From TPA_inf: Saccharomyces (lineage: Eukaryota), in contig BK006939.2 of assembly GCA_000146045.2 (NCBI GenBank), positions 512,001 to 576,000 of the forward strand: 64,000 nt of DNA, read 5' to 3'. Positions 10,987 through 26,433 of the stretch are shown piece after piece; positions within the stretch are counted from its first letter, which is position 1, and the number at the start of each line of letters is the position of its first letter. Both the position numbers and the translations under genes were made by a program. The notes under the pieces are model-generated. The model had not been told where the DNA came from. It searched no databases and saw nothing but the letters and a program-made list of their open reading frames with translations.

Positions 10987-11332
10987 AGTTTTACTTTCTT
11001 TTTATTCGGAAAAATCTTTTCTATATTTTTCAAGGGTAACCTCATCGCCATGCAATTAATCACATAGACTCCTTAAGTAACAATGGCAAGGCGATAATTT
11101 TAAGAGAATTGCAGACGCTGTACATAGATCGTTATCAGCAAAACATATATTCGCATCGAAGGCGTTGCTTGTCCCTGAAGTAGCTACTTGCGGTTTTCAT
11201 CAAGCGGCCAATTTAATCATTCTATCAGCATTATTTTAAAATAGGGGGACTTAACCTTTCTATTAGTACCACTTATTTTATAGATCTGCTGGAGAAAAAT
11301 AAACAGATAAAAAAAAGGGAAAAAAAGAATAA

Positions 11333-13759
<2,427 letters not shown>

Positions 13760-13973
13760 CTCACGATTGCCAGTTGTTTACCGAGATCTCTCATTTTGAA
13801 GGCTCTTAAAATGTGCTCGGTCGGCCGGGAATTCGCGAAAACCCACATTCACTAATAAATACCATTACAATAACCATCATTATATAGATACACATGTGTA
13901 GAAAAGGATAATATACGTATATATATTTGTTTGTAAATCTTTAAATTTTCAGGAACAGGGTTAGCAAGCATCA

Positions 13974-14651
13974 ATGAAAGCAGACGCGAAACAAATAACA
14001 CATCTACTCAAACCTCTTCGACTTTTATTATTGGGGGCTCCAGGGTCAGGTAAAGGGACACAGACTTCGAGATTACTAAAGCAAATTCCACAATTATCTT
14101 CAATTTCGTCAGGCGACATTTTACGTCAGGAAATAAAATCTGAATCTACCCTAGGCCGAGAGGCTACTACCTACATTGCTCAAGGCAAGTTATTACCGGA
14201 TGATCTCATAACGCGTCTGATAACTTTTCGTCTTTCGGCATTGGGTTGGTTAAAACCATCTGCCATGTGGTTGCTCGATGGATTTCCTCGAACTACTGCG
14301 CAAGCTTCTGCCTTAGACGAGCTGCTGAAACAGCATGACGCCAGCTTGAATCTAGTGGTAGAGCTAGATGTACCCGAATCCACCATATTAGAAAGGATCG
14401 AGAACAGATATGTTCACGTTCCTAGTGGGAGAGTGTATAACTTACAATATAATCCTCCCAAAGTGCCAGGATTAGACGATATCACCGGAGAACCATTGAC
14501 CAAGAGGCTTGATGACACAGCGGAAGTGTTTAAAAAAAGGCTAGAAGAGTACAAGAAAACAAATGAGCCTTTAAAAGATTATTACAAAAAAAGTGGGATT
14601 TTTGGTACCGTCTCTGGGGAAACATCAGATATTATCTTCCGAAATTATTGA
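13974..14651 (+). CDS. ADK2: Mitochondrial adenylate kinase (GTP:AMP phosphotransferase), 225 aa.
   Basis: P-loop LLLGAPGSGKGTQ and adenylate-kinase LID/NMP-binding features are present. The size and position fit ADK2. Confidence 0.9.
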   Translation: MKADAKQITHLLKPLRLLLLGAPGSGKGTQTSRLLKQIPQLSSISSGDILRQEIKSESTLGREATTYIAQGKLLPDDLITRLITFRLSALGWLKPSAMWLLDGFPRTTAQASALDELLKQHDASLNLVVELDVPESTILERIENRYVHVPSGRVYNLQYNPPKVPGLDDITGEPLTKRLDDTAEVFKKRLEEYKKTNEPLKDYYKKSGIFGTVSGETSDIIFRNY

Positions 14652-15081
14652 ACCTTATAACCAGCAAATTCGGCTAATAGGGTGATTTAACGCTACACTA
14701 ACTGCAAGTATATGTTAACCTTCCCCGAGACTTTGAAAAACCGTGACTCTAGTTGGAAGTCAGCATCTCGTCAACCAAATGATTACAGTTCACTTTGAAT
14801 ATTCTGAATAGCCTTTATGATATGAGTTAATCCTATATTAATCATGGCCGACGGCATTTAAGCGATGTATATGAAATTTATGAAAAATTAAAGTAGCGTA
14901 CTTTATGCTACATAGCTTTTGAAAAGAAATCTCTGGTCTGTAAATAATAAATAAATATATATATATGTATATCTTAAAGTTGACAAAGTACTGTTAGCCA
15001 TTCATAGAAATACTATATTTCATCTTGGGTTGAAGGTGATAATCGGCCCGATTTGACTACACTTTAAGAAGATTGGAAACA

Positions 15082-17418
15082 ATGAAGTTTTATATAGATG
15101 ATTTACCAGTGCTTTTTCCATACCCCAAGATATATCCAGAGCAGTATAATTATATGTGCGATATTAAAAAGACTCTGGATGTAGGTGGAAATAGTATCTT
15201 GGAGATGCCTTCAGGAACAGGTAAAACGGTCTCATTACTATCCCTCACAATTGCCTACCAGATGCACTACCCAGAACATAGAAAGATCATATATTGTTCT
15301 CGTACTATGTCTGAAATTGAAAAAGCTTTAGTAGAGTTAGAGAACCTTATGGATTACAGAACTAAAGAACTAGGCTATCAAGAGGATTTTCGAGGTCTTG
15401 GCTTGACATCAAGAAAAAATTTGTGTTTGCATCCCGAAGTGAGTAAGGAACGAAAAGGTACAGTAGTCGATGAAAAGTGCCGTAGAATGACAAATGGGCA
15501 GGCGAAGAGAAAATTAGAAGAGGATCCAGAGGCAAATGTAGAATTGTGTGAATACCATGAGAATTTGTACAATATTGAAGTAGAGGATTATCTTCCAAAA
15601 GGCGTATTTTCTTTTGAAAAACTTTTGAAATACTGCGAAGAAAAAACACTTTGTCCATATTTTATTGTTCGTCGTATGATTTCTCTTTGTAACATTATTA
15701 TTTATTCTTACCATTATCTATTAGATCCTAAAATTGCTGAAAGAGTTTCCAACGAGGTTTCTAAAGATAGCATTGTCATTTTTGATGAAGCGCACAATAT
15801 TGATAATGTGTGTATCGAATCGCTGTCATTAGACTTGACAACGGATGCATTGAGAAGAGCCACACGAGGTGCTAATGCGTTAGATGAACGTATTTCTGAG
15901 GTCAGAAAGGTTGACTCACAGAAATTACAGGATGAATACGAAAAACTAGTTCAAGGTCTCCATTCTGCAGATATTCTTACCGACCAGGAAGAGCCATTTG
16001 TGGAAACACCTGTATTGCCCCAAGATCTTCTAACAGAAGCAATCCCGGGAAATATACGAAGAGCCGAGCATTTTGTTTCATTTTTGAAAAGATTGATAGA
16101 ATATCTGAAGACCAGAATGAAAGTTCTTCACGTTATTTCAGAAACGCCAAAATCATTTCTACAGCATTTAAAACAGTTAACTTTCATAGAAAGGAAACCT
16201 CTTCGGTTTTGCTCAGAAAGGCTATCATTACTTGTAAGAACTTTAGAAGTTACAGAGGTAGAAGATTTTACTGCATTGAAAGACATAGCAACTTTTGCTA
16301 CTCTTATATCAACATATGAGGAAGGGTTTTTACTAATTATTGAACCGTATGAAATCGAAAATGCTGCAGTTCCGAATCCGATTATGAGATTTACTTGCTT
16401 AGATGCATCGATTGCCATCAAACCAGTCTTTGAGAGATTTTCTTCCGTTATTATCACTTCAGGGACCATATCACCATTAGACATGTATCCAAGAATGTTA
16501 AACTTTAAAACTGTTTTACAAAAATCATATGCCATGACCTTAGCCAAAAAATCATTTCTACCAATGATTATTACCAAGGGTTCTGATCAAGTTGCAATTT
16601 CTTCAAGATTTGAAATCAGAAACGATCCTAGTATTGTTCGTAATTACGGTTCTATGCTAGTAGAGTTTGCCAAGATCACACCTGATGGAATGGTTGTTTT
16701 TTTCCCCTCATATCTATATATGGAAAGTATTGTTTCAATGTGGCAAACAATGGGTATTCTTGACGAAGTTTGGAAACATAAATTAATTTTAGTTGAGACT
16801 CCTGATGCTCAAGAAACTTCTTTAGCCTTAGAAACCTATAGAAAGGCTTGCTCAAATGGGCGTGGGGCAATTTTGCTTTCTGTTGCTAGAGGAAAGGTAT
16901 CTGAAGGTATCGATTTTGATCATCAATATGGCAGAACTGTGCTGATGATAGGTATCCCGTTTCAATACACAGAATCGCGTATTTTGAAAGCTCGCCTAGA
17001 ATTCATGAGGGAGAACTATCGCATCAGAGAAAACGACTTCTTATCTTTCGATGCGATGAGACATGCAGCTCAATGTCTGGGGAGAGTACTGAGAGGGAAG
17101 GACGACTATGGTGTAATGGTACTAGCAGACCGTAGGTTTTCAAGAAAAAGAAGCCAGTTACCAAAATGGATTGCTCAAGGTTTGTCTGACGCCGATTTGA
17201 ACCTTTCGACTGACATGGCCATATCCAATACCAAACAATTCTTGAGAACAATGGCACAACCCACAGACCCTAAAGACCAAGAGGGTGTATCTGTTTGGAG
17301 TTATGAAGATTTAATAAAGCACCAGAATAGCAGAAAAGATCAAGGTGGATTTATTGAAAACGAAAACAAAGAAGGAGAACAGGATGAAGATGAAGATGAA
17401 GATATAGAAATGCAGTGA
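15082..17418 (+). CDS. RAD3: TFIIH 5'-3' DNA helicase (XPD family, Fe-S), 778 aa.
   Basis: First ATG at 15082 (MKFYIDDLPVLFPYP); the track start at 15073 is TTG. Walker A reads SGTGKT, the DEAH box reads VIFDEAHNIDN, and the acidic C-terminus reads EDEDEDIEMQ. Confidence 0.95.
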   Translation: MKFYIDDLPVLFPYPKIYPEQYNYMCDIKKTLDVGGNSILEMPSGTGKTVSLLSLTIAYQMHYPEHRKIIYCSRTMSEIEKALVELENLMDYRTKELGYQEDFRGLGLTSRKNLCLHPEVSKERKGTVVDEKCRRMTNGQAKRKLEEDPEANVELCEYHENLYNIEVEDYLPKGVFSFEKLLKYCEEKTLCPYFIVRRMISLCNIIIYSYHYLLDPKIAERVSNEVSKDSIVIFDEAHNIDNVCIESLSLDLTTDALRRATRGANALDERISEVRKVDSQKLQDEYEKLVQGLHSADILTDQEEPFVETPVLPQDLLTEAIPGNIRRAEHFVSFLKRLIEYLKTRMKVLHVISETPKSFLQHLKQLTFIERKPLRFCSERLSLLVRTLEVTEVEDFTALKDIATFATLISTYEEGFLLIIEPYEIENAAVPNPIMRFTCLDASIAIKPVFERFSSVIITSGTISPLDMYPRMLNFKTVLQKSYAMTLAKKSFLPMIITKGSDQVAISSRFEIRNDPSIVRNYGSMLVEFAKITPDGMVVFFPSYLYMESIVSMWQTMGILDEVWKHKLILVETPDAQETSLALETYRKACSNGRGAILLSVARGKVSEGIDFDHQYGRTVLMIGIPFQYTESRILKARLEFMRENYRIRENDFLSFDAMRHAAQCLGRVLRGKDDYGVMVLADRRFSRKRSQLPKWIAQGLSDADLNLSTDMAISNTKQFLRTMAQPTDPKDQEGVSVWSYEDLIKHQNSRKDQGGFIENENKEGEQDEDEDEDIEMQ

Positions 17419-17529
17419 TGCAATGATACGCTTTTGCTATAAACTGTATATATCACAATTAGATTAAATAGCCGCAAGAGAATGTTATATATTGAAATCC
17501 ATTCGATTATCCAGGACTAAACAATGATT

Positions 17530-20500
17530 TTATTTCACATTTATTTCAAAGGACAACTCTTTATCTGCGTCAAGATATGAATCACAGACACACCAAATTG
17601 TTAAGTTATGTTTACCAGATGTCGGAGTGTCAAATTCCAATTCATATTGCTGAGTCTCTTTATTTAAAGTAACTTTCTTGATCGCATAAAGCTCTTTTTT
17701 AGATACTTCACCTAAAACCAACCACCAACTTTCTAGCTTATCAAACGGATACTTTTCAGATGTTACTTGTAAGTTCTCAGGTTCAACATCTCTTGTCAAT
17801 TGAATGGTAATTTTCTGTTTTACACCTGAAATTAACGAATCAGAATTATTCAACGAATAAGTAAGTTCAACGTTGGGGTAATTGTTAACAAACGCGGCGA
17901 CCTGCGCAAGCTGTGAATCAGTAAGCGTTAAAATTTCATCCCTCTCTTCATCCTCAAGGGCCATTATATCATAGACCGTCTCGACGTTAATTTCTTTACA
18001 TTTTTCCAAAATTTTGTTGTTGAAGTGTGGAATCTGTCTCAACGGATTATCAACGTCCCATACACCCTGAATCAACATCTGCGCCAAATCCATGGCGGTA
18101 GTAGCATTCAAATACCCGTTTGCTGAAAGGATATCAACCACTACGTTAATTAGTGGAACAACCTTTTCTAGAATGTCTTTTAAATCATTTTGAAAGTCGA
18201 CAGGTAATTCAAGACGTGAAAAATATGCTTGTAACAATAAGAAAACTTTAAAGCTCACCGAACCAGAAGAGGTGTGTTCAGGGAATCTCAATGGTAGTCT
18301 TTTACTTAATTTGACAAGTAATGCTCTGTCTCCTTTTCTGAGTGGAACACTTTCGAATTCTACTGCTGTTGAAAGAACATACAGCATGTTTTTGAGCGTT
18401 GACGTATTCGATAAAGAAGAAACGAATGACTGAATAGTAAAAAATGATACGCCATAGTGAGAAGCAATTAGCCCGTTGCTCAAGGTAGAAATGATTTCAG
18501 TTGCTTCATCATCTCCTCCATTAACTTCTGCGGTTACTTCAGCTTCTGTATCGTCAATTTCAATGAAGGATGATTCAACTAAGTCATTCAAACAAGTTTC
18601 AACTAAATTACTCAAAAAAACTGAAATTCCATGTGGAGACGTATCCCTTACGCCATAATAGCTTGGATTCACATGGATACGACGATAGAAATACGAATAT
18701 GTAAACCAGTCAACACAATCTTGTTTGCTTTGTATAATAGAATTTGCTATCTCGTTGTTCAGAGTATCATGAATAATATACTGTAGGTAACTCTCAGTAG
18801 GCAAAGGCTCAATTAAGAATTTTTTGTAGTAGGCCTTCATGTTGTGACTTGTCAAAATTAAAACCTTGCCTGCCATTGAATCGTTACCACTAGCTAGTCC
18901 CACCATTTCTAGAAGTTCATTTATGGTATATGGCATATATTTATGCTCTGCACCATCATAAAGGTTGGTTCCTAAAATAATCACTTCATCAGTTTTACAA
19001 GCGAATGCAGAACAATCCTTAGAAATGAGTAAAACCGATACCGCACCATATTCGTATAACCTTTTCACAATTCTTTCATCATTTGATGCCATCCCCTTAT
19101 ACAAAATACCAACACCGTGTTTTAAAGGTGCTCTTAGATGACCATCTGTTAACTTTTCAATGTATGGTACAATTTGCTCTTCTTCAACGTTCAACATATC
19201 CCATTCAATTGCTTTTGAAAACTTCATAAATGCAGACGCAACTTCCATACAATCCTTTCTAGATGGTAAGAACACCGAACTGGAATTACGATTTCCCGCT
19301 GCAGCAGCAGATGCTTCAAATGCCATTTGAAGCATCGAAAAATTGAATGATATGTGCTCAACATCTTTAAATGACTGAATATTAATTTCAAGAGGCTCAA
19401 TTCTTTCGCTTGGAGAAAAGTTGTAGATGTTTGACTTCGTCATACCAGCCCATTCACCAAAATCACGAGCATTTGCCAAACAGTTCGAAAGGCAAACAAA
19501 TCGAATTTTCTTTTCAAGTTGGGTTGCTATAAATATCATTCTAGAAATTAGCGTTTCATACACAGCACCGTAAACACCTTGGCTAATCTCATGAGCGTCA
19601 TCATATATCATTAATTCTAAACTTTGGATGTTCTTCCTTTGTCTCCAACGACGTGACAAAAGCTCAAATTGCACGGGGGTAGCCAAGAGAACATGGCTTT
19701 TTGCTAATAATTTTAAATTTAGTGAAGGATCATTTCCTAGCTTATTTATTATCTTACCACCAGCAAGATGAGAGAACCTTTTATTCCAATCAGATAGCAA
19801 AAAATCAATTTTTTCCCCAGACGGATTGATATAAACCGCTCTTCCTTTATTCTGTCTCCAATGATTTAACAGTGCTAATTCAGCCATAGCTGTTTTACCT
19901 GTGCCCTTTCCTGAACCTACAAAGACCGAGTCATTCGAATTGTAGAGAGACTCGAAGACCTGGCTCTGAATCTTGTTGAAAGTTTTAAATTCAAATACTT
20001 CGGAAAAATCATCATTGCCAAGCTCTGATGTTGAAATACTAATATTCTCCAGAAGGGGAGTAGGAGGAGGAAATTTTTTCGGAAGTTTAAATCCATTGAA
20101 GGAAACTGGAATCTCGAATTCACTGTGCCACCAATTTTCTGATATCAAAGTAAGGAAGAAATTAGGTGGTAAGTTATTTTGATTGTGCTGCTTTAACTCA
20201 TAAGTAAAGGATAAGGTAAATTCATGACCAACTATATCTGGAGTGATGAATAGTACGTCATAATAAAGTATTGAATCACCATCAGTGTCTTCTAGCATGA
20301 GCAAAAAAGGTTCAAGGGAACCGTGTACATTCATATCCCATATCCAGTCGGCTATTATTTCAATGTTGAACCTCATAACGCTACGGGTAATTGGCTGAGC
20401 GTTGCATGTTACGGACATTTTGGGAAATCTTTTCAATAAATCGTAAACCTGTTTTCCATATTTTTCAGATCTGATTGCACGACCAACTTCGGCAGGTGTT

Positions 20501-23500
20501 TCTAGCTGTAGATAATCTCCCCACGGTACTGTAGAGGCTTCCAGCCTTTTAATCACTTCGACAGGGCATGTTTTAAACTGTCTTAAAGGACAGTTTGTTG
20601 GCCACATTTTAGTTGTGGCAGATTTGCAAAGATTTAACAACATCCGTGTGGGATGTCCCCATCCTCTCTTCAAGCATATTTCAAACATAGCACGCAATAA
20701 CCTACCAGCATTTTGGTGAATAAACACTATATCAGAATTAAGTGCAAAACCTTCGAACTTTAGCTGGGAAAAATAAGACTGCAGTAGTACATTCACTTTT
20801 GCTAAAGGATCATCAATATCTTCTCTGATAGGAATGGGTGCTTTCTCTAGAAGTTGTTTTAGTTCTCTTTTCTCTTCATATCTCACCGATACGTACTTAA
20901 ACTCTTCCGACATTGAGAATATTCTAAAAAGATCAATCTGAGTTGTATGTTCATCTAACTCTCTATTGTAAACATCCATGGAAGCATGATTTATGTAAAA
21001 TGACGACGCTATATTTCCTAGATCGGTCGCCTCAATTACATCATTTTCAGCATCATATAACACCAACTCTTGTTCTTTTAAAATGCATAGGGCCGAATGG
21101 ACTAAGCTTTCTCTAAACTTTTTCAATTGCCCATCACTTGAAATATCAGGTACTTTGTAAAGCATAGGGGAAGCTAACATTCTGACATATAGGTAAGTAT
21201 ACGCCAACCAATTCACAGCATCATTCCTGCACTTAATGTTACCCGCGACAACTTCTGCATTTAAGTTGTCAACTAATTTTGAAACAAATTGCGATTCTAT
21301 TGGTAATTGTTGATTTAAAACCGAGAGATAATATTGAACATTCGATTGGTCTGTTATTATAATACCCTCGCCAAATGTGTCATATCTCGGTCTGCCTGCT
21401 CTACCTAACATTTGAAGTACATCTTGTGGAGAAAGTTGTTCCCAGGACCCCTTTTCAGGTGAATAGACATCTGTTCCTTTTATAATCACTGTATGAGCAG
21501 GTAGATTAACACCCCATGCTAACGTCGCAGTGCATACCAATACTTGCAACAACCCGTCTGCAAATAAATCTTCAGATAAGGATCTGTCACTTCTGGTCAG
21601 CCCTGCGTGATGCGTCCCTATACCGCTTTCAATCAACTTTCGTAGACTTGGATCGAGTACGTTGGCTGCTTCTGTCTTTAAAATCTGCTTCGATCCTGCA
21701 TCATTTTTGGTTAATTTATGAGTAATGTTCTCTTCAGCAAATTTATTTTTCAACCATGTTGCTGTTCGTGATGTTTCTTTTCGAGAATGAACAAACACGA
21801 TTATTTGATTACCTTCATTGATGGATTCCAATACCTTTTCATAACAAGCATCATTCATAGCCTTCAGCTTTTTCAAGGAGTTCCGTTCCTTAATGCCACA
21901 AAACTGTTGAGATAGAGGACACGGTCTAAATGAGGAGTCAAAATAAAACAATCCTTCCTTCGGAACTCTTAAAAACCTACCGACATCCTCATAATTTGGT
22001 AAGGTGGCAGAAAGGCCTATTATTCTGGGGTATTCCTGGCCATATTTGGAAGCCCAAAATGTCCTAGCCACGATGCTTTCCAATACTGGTCCCCTGTCAT
22101 CATGTAACAAATGTATTTCATCTATAATCAACAAACGAACAAGTTCTACGATGGCCAAATTATTTGAATTTCTAGTAGTTATGTCCCATTTCTCTGGCGT
22201 AGACACCAAAACCTGCGTCTCGTCAATTTGCTTTCTACTAAGCCTAGAATCACCAGTCAATTCAGCGACTTTTATACCTAGAAAAGCCAACCTCCTTTGA
22301 AATTCTCGGACTTGTTCCTGTACTAAGGCTTTCAAGGGTGCTATATAAACAATTTTAAATGCAGAAAGGTTTAATTTCTTAGTTTTCGGGTTATAATGAT
22401 GGGATAAGGCTTTCAATACCGTCAATAACGCGATATTCGTCTTACCTGAACCAGTGGGTGCACATATTAGCATGTTTGAATCACCTTCAAATGCTGCGTG
22501 AAAAACCTTTGATTGTATAGGGTTTAAGGACGTTGTTTCCGATGAAGGAAACGCCTCCTGACACCAATCTGGTAGAGAAGTAATTTCTTTCAACTCATAA
22601 TCAATAACAGGTTTGCTAGGAGCTGGAATATGTATTTCGTCATATTGTGGTTTCACCCTTTTGAATGATCCTTCCGGTAGGGATACTTTTGTCACGGTCA
22701 TTAATTTAGAACTTTCGTCGAATTTAATCTTTTCCAAATCTATGACGGGCGGTATTGCTGGATTACTGAATTTTGTTCTTTTTGCTTCCGAAGACTGTGG
22801 CTGGTCGTCACCGGAATCGAGTTCACGCTTTGAGTGTGTAGTTTCTCTAAATTTATACTGTTCCACAAGATCATTCAAACCTTTTGCAACCATTTTCTCT
22901 ATTAAGTTCGGTATTTCATTCTCTGTGCTCTTCGCCAGTCGTATGCCCCAAAAAATTGTAGATCTATTCTTGAGAATAAATTCAGCCAGTGATATATTCT
23001 CGAATTTAAGCAGATCAACCAACTTCTGCTCCAACGCTACTGGATTATGCTCAAGTGTTTCAATATCATTCAAAATTTTTTCTGACAGGTCTTGTATTAC
23101 AGAGGTATCCTTGTAACCAAGCTCTGACCGAAGTTTTCTCTGCAAAAAAAATTCATCGATTGAGTATATCGGAACGCTCTCGATATTACTTGTTTTACTA
23201 TCGGAGAGTTTAATTATATCGTTTTCAATGTTTGGCAATGCCCTCTTGTTTTTTTTTTTAGAATTGACTTCAACGTCATTGTAATCATATTCCTCATCAT
23301 CATCTTCATTATCATTGATTTCTCCCCCAAGAACATTAGCATTGTTGGACATTTCTGTTACTTCTTCTTCATCTGATTTTTCATCATCGGCAAGAATTGC
23401 TACTGCTTGTTTATTGCTATTGTCAGGATGTGTTTCATAATCGGTAATGTTTTTCATAAGTTTAACTAATTCGTTAAACTTCAGGGAGTCTATATTGATG

Positions 23501-24021
23501 CCTAGCTCATGCTGGATCTTTTCCTTTCGCTCTTCAATATTACCATCCTCATTTTCCTCATTTTCTTTCAATTGTCTGATGAATATATCAGCAGTTCCAA
23601 TAATAAGATCATGGGGTATATCATTGCCTAAAACTTCTGTAACCCACTGCAAAATCTGCTCGTAAGTTTCGACATTTGAGGGATCCTTTGGATAATAATG
23701 TAACCTGAAATCGGAGGAAGAATTCAAAATGGTGTTATGCTGCTGAATTTTTTTCAATGATGCGCTCTTTCCAGTTTTTTCAACGGCTACATCATTTTCT
23801 TTTAGTCCTTTATTAATGTTATTGCACAGGCCCTGTCCCATATCCTTAGCACTAATTCTACCACTCATGGATTTTGGTTGTGATATTTCCGCATCCCTTT
23901 GAGGATTTTGGCTGGTATTCATAAAGCGTTTATCAACTTTCAACACCTTATTGGACATCTCATCATAACGATAAATTTCTCTAATTTTTTTGGCCTTATC
24001 CTTCGTTTCATGCTCAGTCAT
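17530..24021 (-). CDS. BRR2: U5 snRNP Ski2-like RNA helicase with tandem helicase-Sec63 cassettes, 2163 aa.
   Basis: ATG at 24021 gives [19 protein letters not shown]; the track extends 13 codons upstream to a TTG. There are two DExH helicase cassettes (GSGKT.../DEIH; GSGKGTGKT.../DDAH), each followed by a Sec63-like region. Confidence 0.95.
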
Positions 24022-24299
24022 TTTTAATAACGAAGGCTCACGGTAAATCTTCCAAAGCAATTACTTATATTTACCTTCACCTTATTTTACTCAAGATTAT
24101 CTCTATTAGTGTATTATTCCTTTATAGTAGACATAGCTTTAGTAGCATAAATTTTTAATATTCTCGTAAAGAGCGACAATATTCAATATTAGATCGTCAA
24201 AGAAGCAAACACGCATTGATATCTGAGAGATCATCACAATGCGTTAATAGTACTTGATTCAACACCACTAATTATCAAGTTTGTTCCTGTCTGAATGAT

Positions 24300-26279
24300 A
24301 TGGATAGTACGAATTTGAACAAACGGCCCTTATTACAATATAGTCTCAGTTCATTGGGCTCGCAAATAACAAAATGGAGCTCATCTAGACCGACTTCGCC
24401 AGTTCGTAAGGCGAGAAGCACTGAAAATGACTTTCTTTCCAAGCAAGATACGTCTAGTATCCTCCCAAGTATCAACGACGACGGCGGTGAACAGTGGTAC
24501 GAAAAGTTCAAGCCCAATTGTTTGGAGCAAGTGGCCATACATAAAAGAAAACTTAAAGATGTACAAGAAGCTTTAGATGCCATGTTTTTACCTAACGCCA
24601 AGCATAGGATCCTACTACTGTCTGGCCCCAGTGGATGCTCTAAAAGTACGGTCATAAAAGAACTCTCAAAAATCTTAGTTCCTAAATACAGACAAAACAG
24701 CAACGGAACGTCCTTTCGAAGCACCCCGAACGAGCATAAAGTGACCGAGTTTAGAGGTGATTGTATAGTCAACGATCTTCCTCAGATGGAAAGCTTTAGT
24801 GAGTTCTTAAAAGGCGCACGGTATCTTGTGATGTCCAACCTGTCATTAATACTTATCGAGGACCTTCCCAACGTCTTCCATATAGATACCAGACGTCGAT
24901 TTCAACAACTTATATTACAGTGGCTATATAGTTCGGAGCCTCTATTACCTCCCCTTGTTATATGTATAACTGAATGTGAAATTCCAGAGAACGATAATAA
25001 TTATCGCAAATTTGGTATTGATTATACATTTAGTGCAGAAACCATAATGAACAAAGAAATATTGATGCATCCAAGGTTGAAAAGAATTAAGTTTAATCCA
25101 ATTAACAGCACTTTATTAAAAAAGCACTTGAAATTTATTTGTGTACAGAATATGAAAATGTTGAAGGAGAAAAATAAATGGAATAAAAGACAGGAAGTCA
25201 TAGATTATATTGCGCAAGAGACTGGTGATATTAGGTCGGCCATTACGACCCTTCAATTTTGGGCGACATCAAGTGGAAGTTTGCCGATTTCAACCCGAGA
25301 ATCCACCATATCATACTTTCATGCCATTGGGAAGGTGATACATGGTTCCCATAGCACGAATAACGATAACGAAATGATTAATAACCTCTTCGAAAATTCG
25401 AACAATTTGTTATCGAAAGAGGATTTCAAATTAGGAATATTAGAGAACTATAACACATTTAATAAAGGCGAATTCAGCATTTCTGATGCATCATCAATTG
25501 TGGATTGCCTGAGCGAGTGTGATAATATGAATGGTCTACCAGAATCCAATGAGTATGGTTTACGAGAAGTGCGCAAAACCTTTCGTAACATCAGTAAACA
25601 AGGCCATAATCATGGAACGGTTTATTTTCCAAGAGAATGGAAAGTAAGAAAATTACAAAATTCATTTAAAGTTCAAGCTGAAGATTGGTTAAATGTTAGT
25701 CTTTATAAGTACAACGCGGTACATTCTTTCAGGAATATAACTCTAGAATTTGGCTACTACGCACCTCTAATTAGAAAGTGTCAGAGTTATAAAAAAAAAT
25801 ACATTCTCTATTATTTGAAGAATCTTCCGAGTGGCTCCTCGGGGCCCAAACAAACCATGGACAAATTTAGTGATATAATGAAAGTTGAGAACGGAATCGA
25901 CGTTGTGGATCGGATAGGCGGGCCTATCGAAGCACTATCTGTGGAGGATGGACTAGCACCATTGATGGATAATGATAGCAATAATTGTGACCATTTAGAG
26001 GATCAAAAAAAGGAAAGGGACAGAAGGCTTCGCATGTTGATTGACCAATATGAAAGAAATGTGATGATGGCTAACGACGATCTTGAAGACGAAGAAACTT
26101 CTTTTAATGATGACCCTATTGTCGATAGCGATAGCGATAACAGCAATAATATTGGCAATGAAACATTTGGTAGAAGCGACGAAGACGAGTCTCTATGTGA
26201 AATTCTGTCCCAGAGACAGCCGCGTAAAGCGCCAGTTATCAGTGAGTCCCTTTCAGATTCAGATCTGGAAATACTCTAA
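24300..26279 (+). CDS. RAD24: DNA-damage checkpoint RFC-like clamp-loader subunit, 659 aa.
   Basis: AAA+/RFC-like Walker A reads LLSGPSGCSKST. It has an acidic C-terminal tail. The size and position fit RAD24. Confidence 0.9.
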   Translation: MDSTNLNKRPLLQYSLSSLGSQITKWSSSRPTSPVRKARSTENDFLSKQDTSSILPSINDDGGEQWYEKFKPNCLEQVAIHKRKLKDVQEALDAMFLPNAKHRILLLSGPSGCSKSTVIKELSKILVPKYRQNSNGTSFRSTPNEHKVTEFRGDCIVNDLPQMESFSEFLKGARYLVMSNLSLILIEDLPNVFHIDTRRRFQQLILQWLYSSEPLLPPLVICITECEIPENDNNYRKFGIDYTFSAETIMNKEILMHPRLKRIKFNPINSTLLKKHLKFICVQNMKMLKEKNKWNKRQEVIDYIAQETGDIRSAITTLQFWATSSGSLPISTRESTISYFHAIGKVIHGSHSTNNDNEMINNLFENSNNLLSKEDFKLGILENYNTFNKGEFSISDASSIVDCLSECDNMNGLPESNEYGLREVRKTFRNISKQGHNHGTVYFPREWKVRKLQNSFKVQAEDWLNVSLYKYNAVHSFRNITLEFGYYAPLIRKCQSYKKKYILYYLKNLPSGSSGPKQTMDKFSDIMKVENGIDVVDRIGGPIEALSVEDGLAPLMDNDSNNCDHLEDQKKERDRRLRMLIDQYERNVMMANDDLEDEETSFNDDPIVDSDSDNSNNIGNETFGRSDEDESLCEILSQRQPRKAPVISESLSDSDLEIL

Positions 26280-26433
26280 CTTTTTACTCTTTAAATTTGA
26301 CGAGAAAACCCCAGGAAATATTCCACACAAATCTATGCACATTACATTCTAGAATAAATTAATAAATAAAAATATATACATATATATTAATATGTATATA
26401 TGTATGAATATAGTTTTCATTACAAAATAAGGC

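Noticed and set aside
22613-23116. 167-aa plus-strand ORF and other 60-100-aa ORFs scattered on the strand opposite BRR2, RAD3, RAD24, ECM32, TOG1 and BCK2.
   Set aside because: All are nested antisense to or out of frame with long, motif-supported genes, and none has a domain signature.
26370-26410. Near-palindromic (TA)-rich block ATATATACATATATATTAATATGTATATATGTAT between convergent RAD24 and GRX4.
   Set aside because: It is an imperfect palindrome of simple TA-rich sequence. It probably functions as ordinary bidirectional terminator/efficiency-element DNA rather than a discrete novel element.
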